The notes under the pieces were generated by a model, which saw nothing but the letters and a program-made list of their open reading frames with translations, was not told the origin of the DNA and searched no databases. The position numbers and the translations under genes are program-made. From Candidatus Nomurabacteria bacterium (GTDB lineage: Bacteria; Patescibacteriota; Saccharimonadia; Saccharimonadales; Saccharimonadaceae): a stretch of 64,000 nt of DNA. The stretch lies in contig JAISOF010000024.1 of NCBI GenBank assembly GCA_031275815.1, positions 10,254-74,253 of the forward strand, read 5' to 3'. Positions 61,556-64,000 of the stretch are shown here, in pieces; position 1 is the stretch's first letter; each line of letters begins with the position of its first letter.

Positions 61556-61739
61556 GGCGGGTTTCCGTCTCCGATACTGTCAATTCAGTTCTCAGGTTGG
61601 CTGGGTATCTTATAGTGACCTTTACAGTAGTGGTCTGAATAACCCACTTTCCGCGCCCGCCTCACTTTCACATTTAGGTTCACTCCCAACTAAAAACTTT
61701 TCAGATTTTTTGGAAAAGTTTTCAGTTGGGAGTGAACCT
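61556..61739. other. Highly structured intergenic segment: a 106-nt rod closed by GGCGGG with CCCGCC, plus a ~27-bp-stem hairpin
   Basis: The rod spans 61556-61661. The hairpin at 61676-61739 is aggttcactcccaact(a/g)aaaacttttc ... gaaaagttttcagttgggagtgaacct. Confidence 0.4.
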
Positions 61740-61834
61740 TTTGCATATGATAATGGAGTTTGAAGAGGTTTAATTCACCAAAATTACGACATTTTAGTGA
61801 ATACTAATCACCAAAATGTTGATAAATTGGTGAG

Positions 61835-63427
61835 TCAATCAGTTTTCAGGCTTTTGATAAACTCGAAAAACAGAGGGTGGGAGCGCATGGGGCGGGAACG
61901 GAACTCAGGGTGAGCTTGGGTGGCTTGGAAGAATCTGAGAGCGGGCGACTCAATGAACTCCACCAGTTTGCCATCGGGGCTGGTGCCGCTGACTTCAACG
62001 CCGCCTTGTGCAATTTCTGGCAGGAACTTTTGATTGACTTCATAGCGGTGGCGGTGCCTTTCCACCAAGTCCAACGCGCCATAAATCTCGGCGGTTTTGG
62101 AACCTTGTTTCAAACGCGCGGGGTAATCTCCCAGCCGCATGGTGCCACCGGTGGATTCTTTCCCTCTTTGCCCCTCCATGATATAAATCACGTTTTCGGG
62201 AGTTTCTTTGTCAAACTCTTCGGAATTGGCGCGACTCAGTCCCGCACGGCGCGCGGCAGCAATTACTGCCACTTGTAAACCCAAACACAACCCCAAATAC
62301 GGTTTGTCGTGCGCCAAAGCGTAGTTGGCGGCGGCAACTTTCCCCTCAATGCCCCGCATGCCAAACCCGCCCGGCACCAAAAGCCCGTCGACCGCCGCAA
62401 AATCTTCATCGCACGCGGTCTCGGCATTAATCCATCGCAGATCCAAGTTGACGTCGTTACCGAACGCCGCCGCTTTCAGCGCCTCTGTTACGGAGATATA
62501 GGTGTCGGTGTTGCTGACGTATTTCGCCACCAGTCCCACTGAAACAGTTTTGGCGTATTTTTTGCCAGCTTTGCGGTTCAGCTCCGCCCAATCCGACATG
62601 TCGGGAGGTGTTTCGTCGCCGGTCAGTTTGCTTAAGGGGCGCATAATGCCACTTTTTAAGGCATTTAAAGGCACTTTATAAACGGTCTCGGCGTTGGGGA
62701 ACAAGATGACGTCTTCTTCCAGTACGCCGGTGAAAGTAGCGATTTTGTTGGCAATGGAGTTCGGGCCCATTTTGTCCACCCGCGCCACAATCATATTCGG
62801 AATGATGCCAAAGGTGCGCAGGTCGTGGATGGAGTTTTGCGCCGGTTTGGTTTTGAACTCGTGGCTGGTGACGAGATACGGGATGTATACGACGTGCGCA
62901 TAAAAGCAGTTTTCGCGCCCCACGCGGTTGGGAAACTCGCGCAATGCCTCGATGAAGTGCACGCCCTCGAAATCGCCGACTGTACCGCCGATTTCGATGA
63001 TATGGATGTCGCTGCCAAACTCGGCAGCAACCTGTTCAACGGTGTCCTGAATCAATCCCGTGACATGTGGCACCAGTTGCACTTCGTTGCCACCAAACTT
63101 CCCCGCTCTTTCGCGCTCAATGATTTTTTGCATGATTTTGCCAGAGGTGCTGATACAGCTGTTGGTGGTTTCGATGTCCAAAAAGCGTTCATAGTGCCCA
63201 AGGTCAAGGTCGGTTTCGGCGCCGTCTTTGGTGACGAAGCATTCGCCGTGTTTGCCTGGGTTGAGCAGTCCCGCGTCCACACTGTAATAGGGGTCAAACT
63301 TTTGGATTGACACTTTGAACCCTTTGGCTTGCAAAATGGCGCCGATGGACGCCGCCGTAATGCCTTTGCCGACGCCAGACAACACGCCTCCCGTCACGAA
63401 GATATATTTTGTTGGTTTTTGTTTCAT
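61835..63427 (-). CDS. pyrG: CTP synthase
   Basis: Has YIFVTGGVLSGVGKGITAAS and GLCLGLQ. Confidence 0.95.
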   Translation of the reverse strand: MKQKPTKYIFVTGGVLSGVGKGITAASIGAILQAKGFKVSIQKFDPYYSVDAGLLNPGKHGECFVTKDGAETDLDLGHYERFLDIETTNSCISTSGKIMQKIIERERAGKFGGNEVQLVPHVTGLIQDTVEQVAAEFGSDIHIIEIGGTVGDFEGVHFIEALREFPNRVGRENCFYAHVVYIPYLVTSHEFKTKPAQNSIHDLRTFGIIPNMIVARVDKMGPNSIANKIATFTGVLEEDVILFPNAETVYKVPLNALKSGIMRPLSKLTGDETPPDMSDWAELNRKAGKKYAKTVSVGLVAKYVSNTDTYISVTEALKAAAFGNDVNLDLRWINAETACDEDFAAVDGLLVPGGFGMRGIEGKVAAANYALAHDKPYLGLCLGLQVAVIAAARRAGLSRANSEEFDKETPENVIYIMEGQRGKESTGGTMRLGDYPARLKQGSKTAEIYGALDLVERHRHRYEVNQKFLPEIAQGGVEVSGTSPDGKLVEFIESPALRFFQATQAHPEFRSRPMRSHPLFFEFIKSLKTD

Positions 63428-63496
63428 AACTCCTCCATATTAACCAAATTATACACCACAAACCCAGATTTGGTGGATTTTATGTTGTAAAAAACA

Positions 63497-63844
63497 CTAT
63501 TTTTTCTTGATTTCGACGTTAAACTTCTTGACGATGATGTAGACCACGAACGCAATCACCACAAAATTGATGAAATCGTTCAAGAAAACGCCGTAATTGA
63601 TAGTCATAGCGGTTTCTTCGCCCGCGCCGCCGATTTGCAAGGACAAGCCTTTCAAGCCGTCGCTGGAACCCATCAGAAAGCCCAAAGGGGGCATGACGAT
63701 GTTGTTGATCAAGGAGTTGACTAAGGTGGCAGTGGCGGTGCCGAGCACCAAGCCGACGGCCAGCCCCACCACGCCTTGCGTTCGGACAAACTCCAAAAAT
63801 CCTTGAAAGGGGTGGTCTTTGGGGACTTTTAATTTTTTATTCAT
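63497..63844 (-). CDS. mscL: Large-conductance mechanosensitive channel
   Basis: Has FLEFVRTQGVVGLAVGLVLG and NFVVIAFVVYIIVK. Confidence 0.85.
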   Translation of the reverse strand: MNKKLKVPKDHPFQGFLEFVRTQGVVGLAVGLVLGTATATLVNSLINNIVMPPLGFLMGSSDGLKGLSLQIGGAGEETAMTINYGVFLNDFINFVVIAFVVYIIVKKFNVEIKKK

Positions 63845-63847
63845 ACT

Positions 63848-64000
63848 TTAGTAATACTCCAATTTGCCACCTTTCGTCAACCCTTTGCTGGACTTCACGC
63901 TGGATTTTATTGGCAGTTTGAGCTTGGTCGTTGCAGGCGGAATCGTCAGAGTCGTCGGACTCGGCGGTGACACGCTCTTGGTATTCCGGTTGGAGGAAGA
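63848..64000 (-). CDS. C-terminal end of an unidentified ORF that runs off the window (Ser/Pro/Thr/Lys-rich)
   Basis: My minus-strand translation is SSSNRNTKSVSPPSPTTLTIPPATTKLKLPIKSSVKSSKGLTKGGKLEYY*. The frame is open to the edge. Confidence 0.25.
   Translation of the reverse strand, partial: SSSNRNTKSVSPPSPTTLTIPPATTKLKLPIKSSVKSSKGLTKGGKLEYY

Overview
This is a 64-kb chromosomal segment with about 50 protein genes and 4 tRNAs (Gly-UCC, Lys-UUU, Arg-GCG, Ser-CGA). I found no rRNA, no CRISPR array and no reverse transcriptase. Several features suggest a small-genome, Gram-positive-type bacterium, possibly Saccharibacteria/Patescibacteria-like: many leaderless promoters, a type IV pilin, a GT39 glycosyltransferase, an LPXTG-like sorting signal and shortened housekeeping proteins. 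That placement is inference only. Housekeeping genes recognised: yebC, def, ruvB, rpsT, holA, mutM, polA, ychF, cdsA, pyrG, mscL and rdgB. There is also a 5'-truncated lepA. The main finding is that the four longest ORFs (889, 1319, 947 and 1167 codons) each carry a GA/TC dinucleotide microsatellite at the 5' end: (TC)22 at 12592-12636, (AG)16 at 49131-49163, (AG)8 at 53210-53226 and (TC)19 at 60537-60574. No comparable tract occurs elsewhere in the window. Two tracts are in frame (ON). One is out of frame by exactly one repeat unit (OFF). One lies in an upstream leaderless reading frame that ends at, or fuses to, the main start codon in every phase. This looks like a multi-locus slipped-strand phase-variation system for surface or giant proteins. 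Other notable items: a cluster of three ATP-grasp ligases interleaved with two peptidases and yebC (600-6644); a recurrent TAnAAT-N6/7-ATG leaderless gene architecture; a C-terminal module shared by three secreted proteins; several MITE-like palindromic element families; a 30-bp inverted-repeat-bounded 135-bp segment; a 19-bp palindrome found three times inside unrelated coding regions; an mTERF-like repeat protein; a five-module HTH-repeat protein; S20 with a Lys/Ala-rich tail; and a mosaic accessory region (OLD-family nuclease, IS5 relic, Fic, RhuM). All calls come from reading the sequence and ORF translations. No database search was run.
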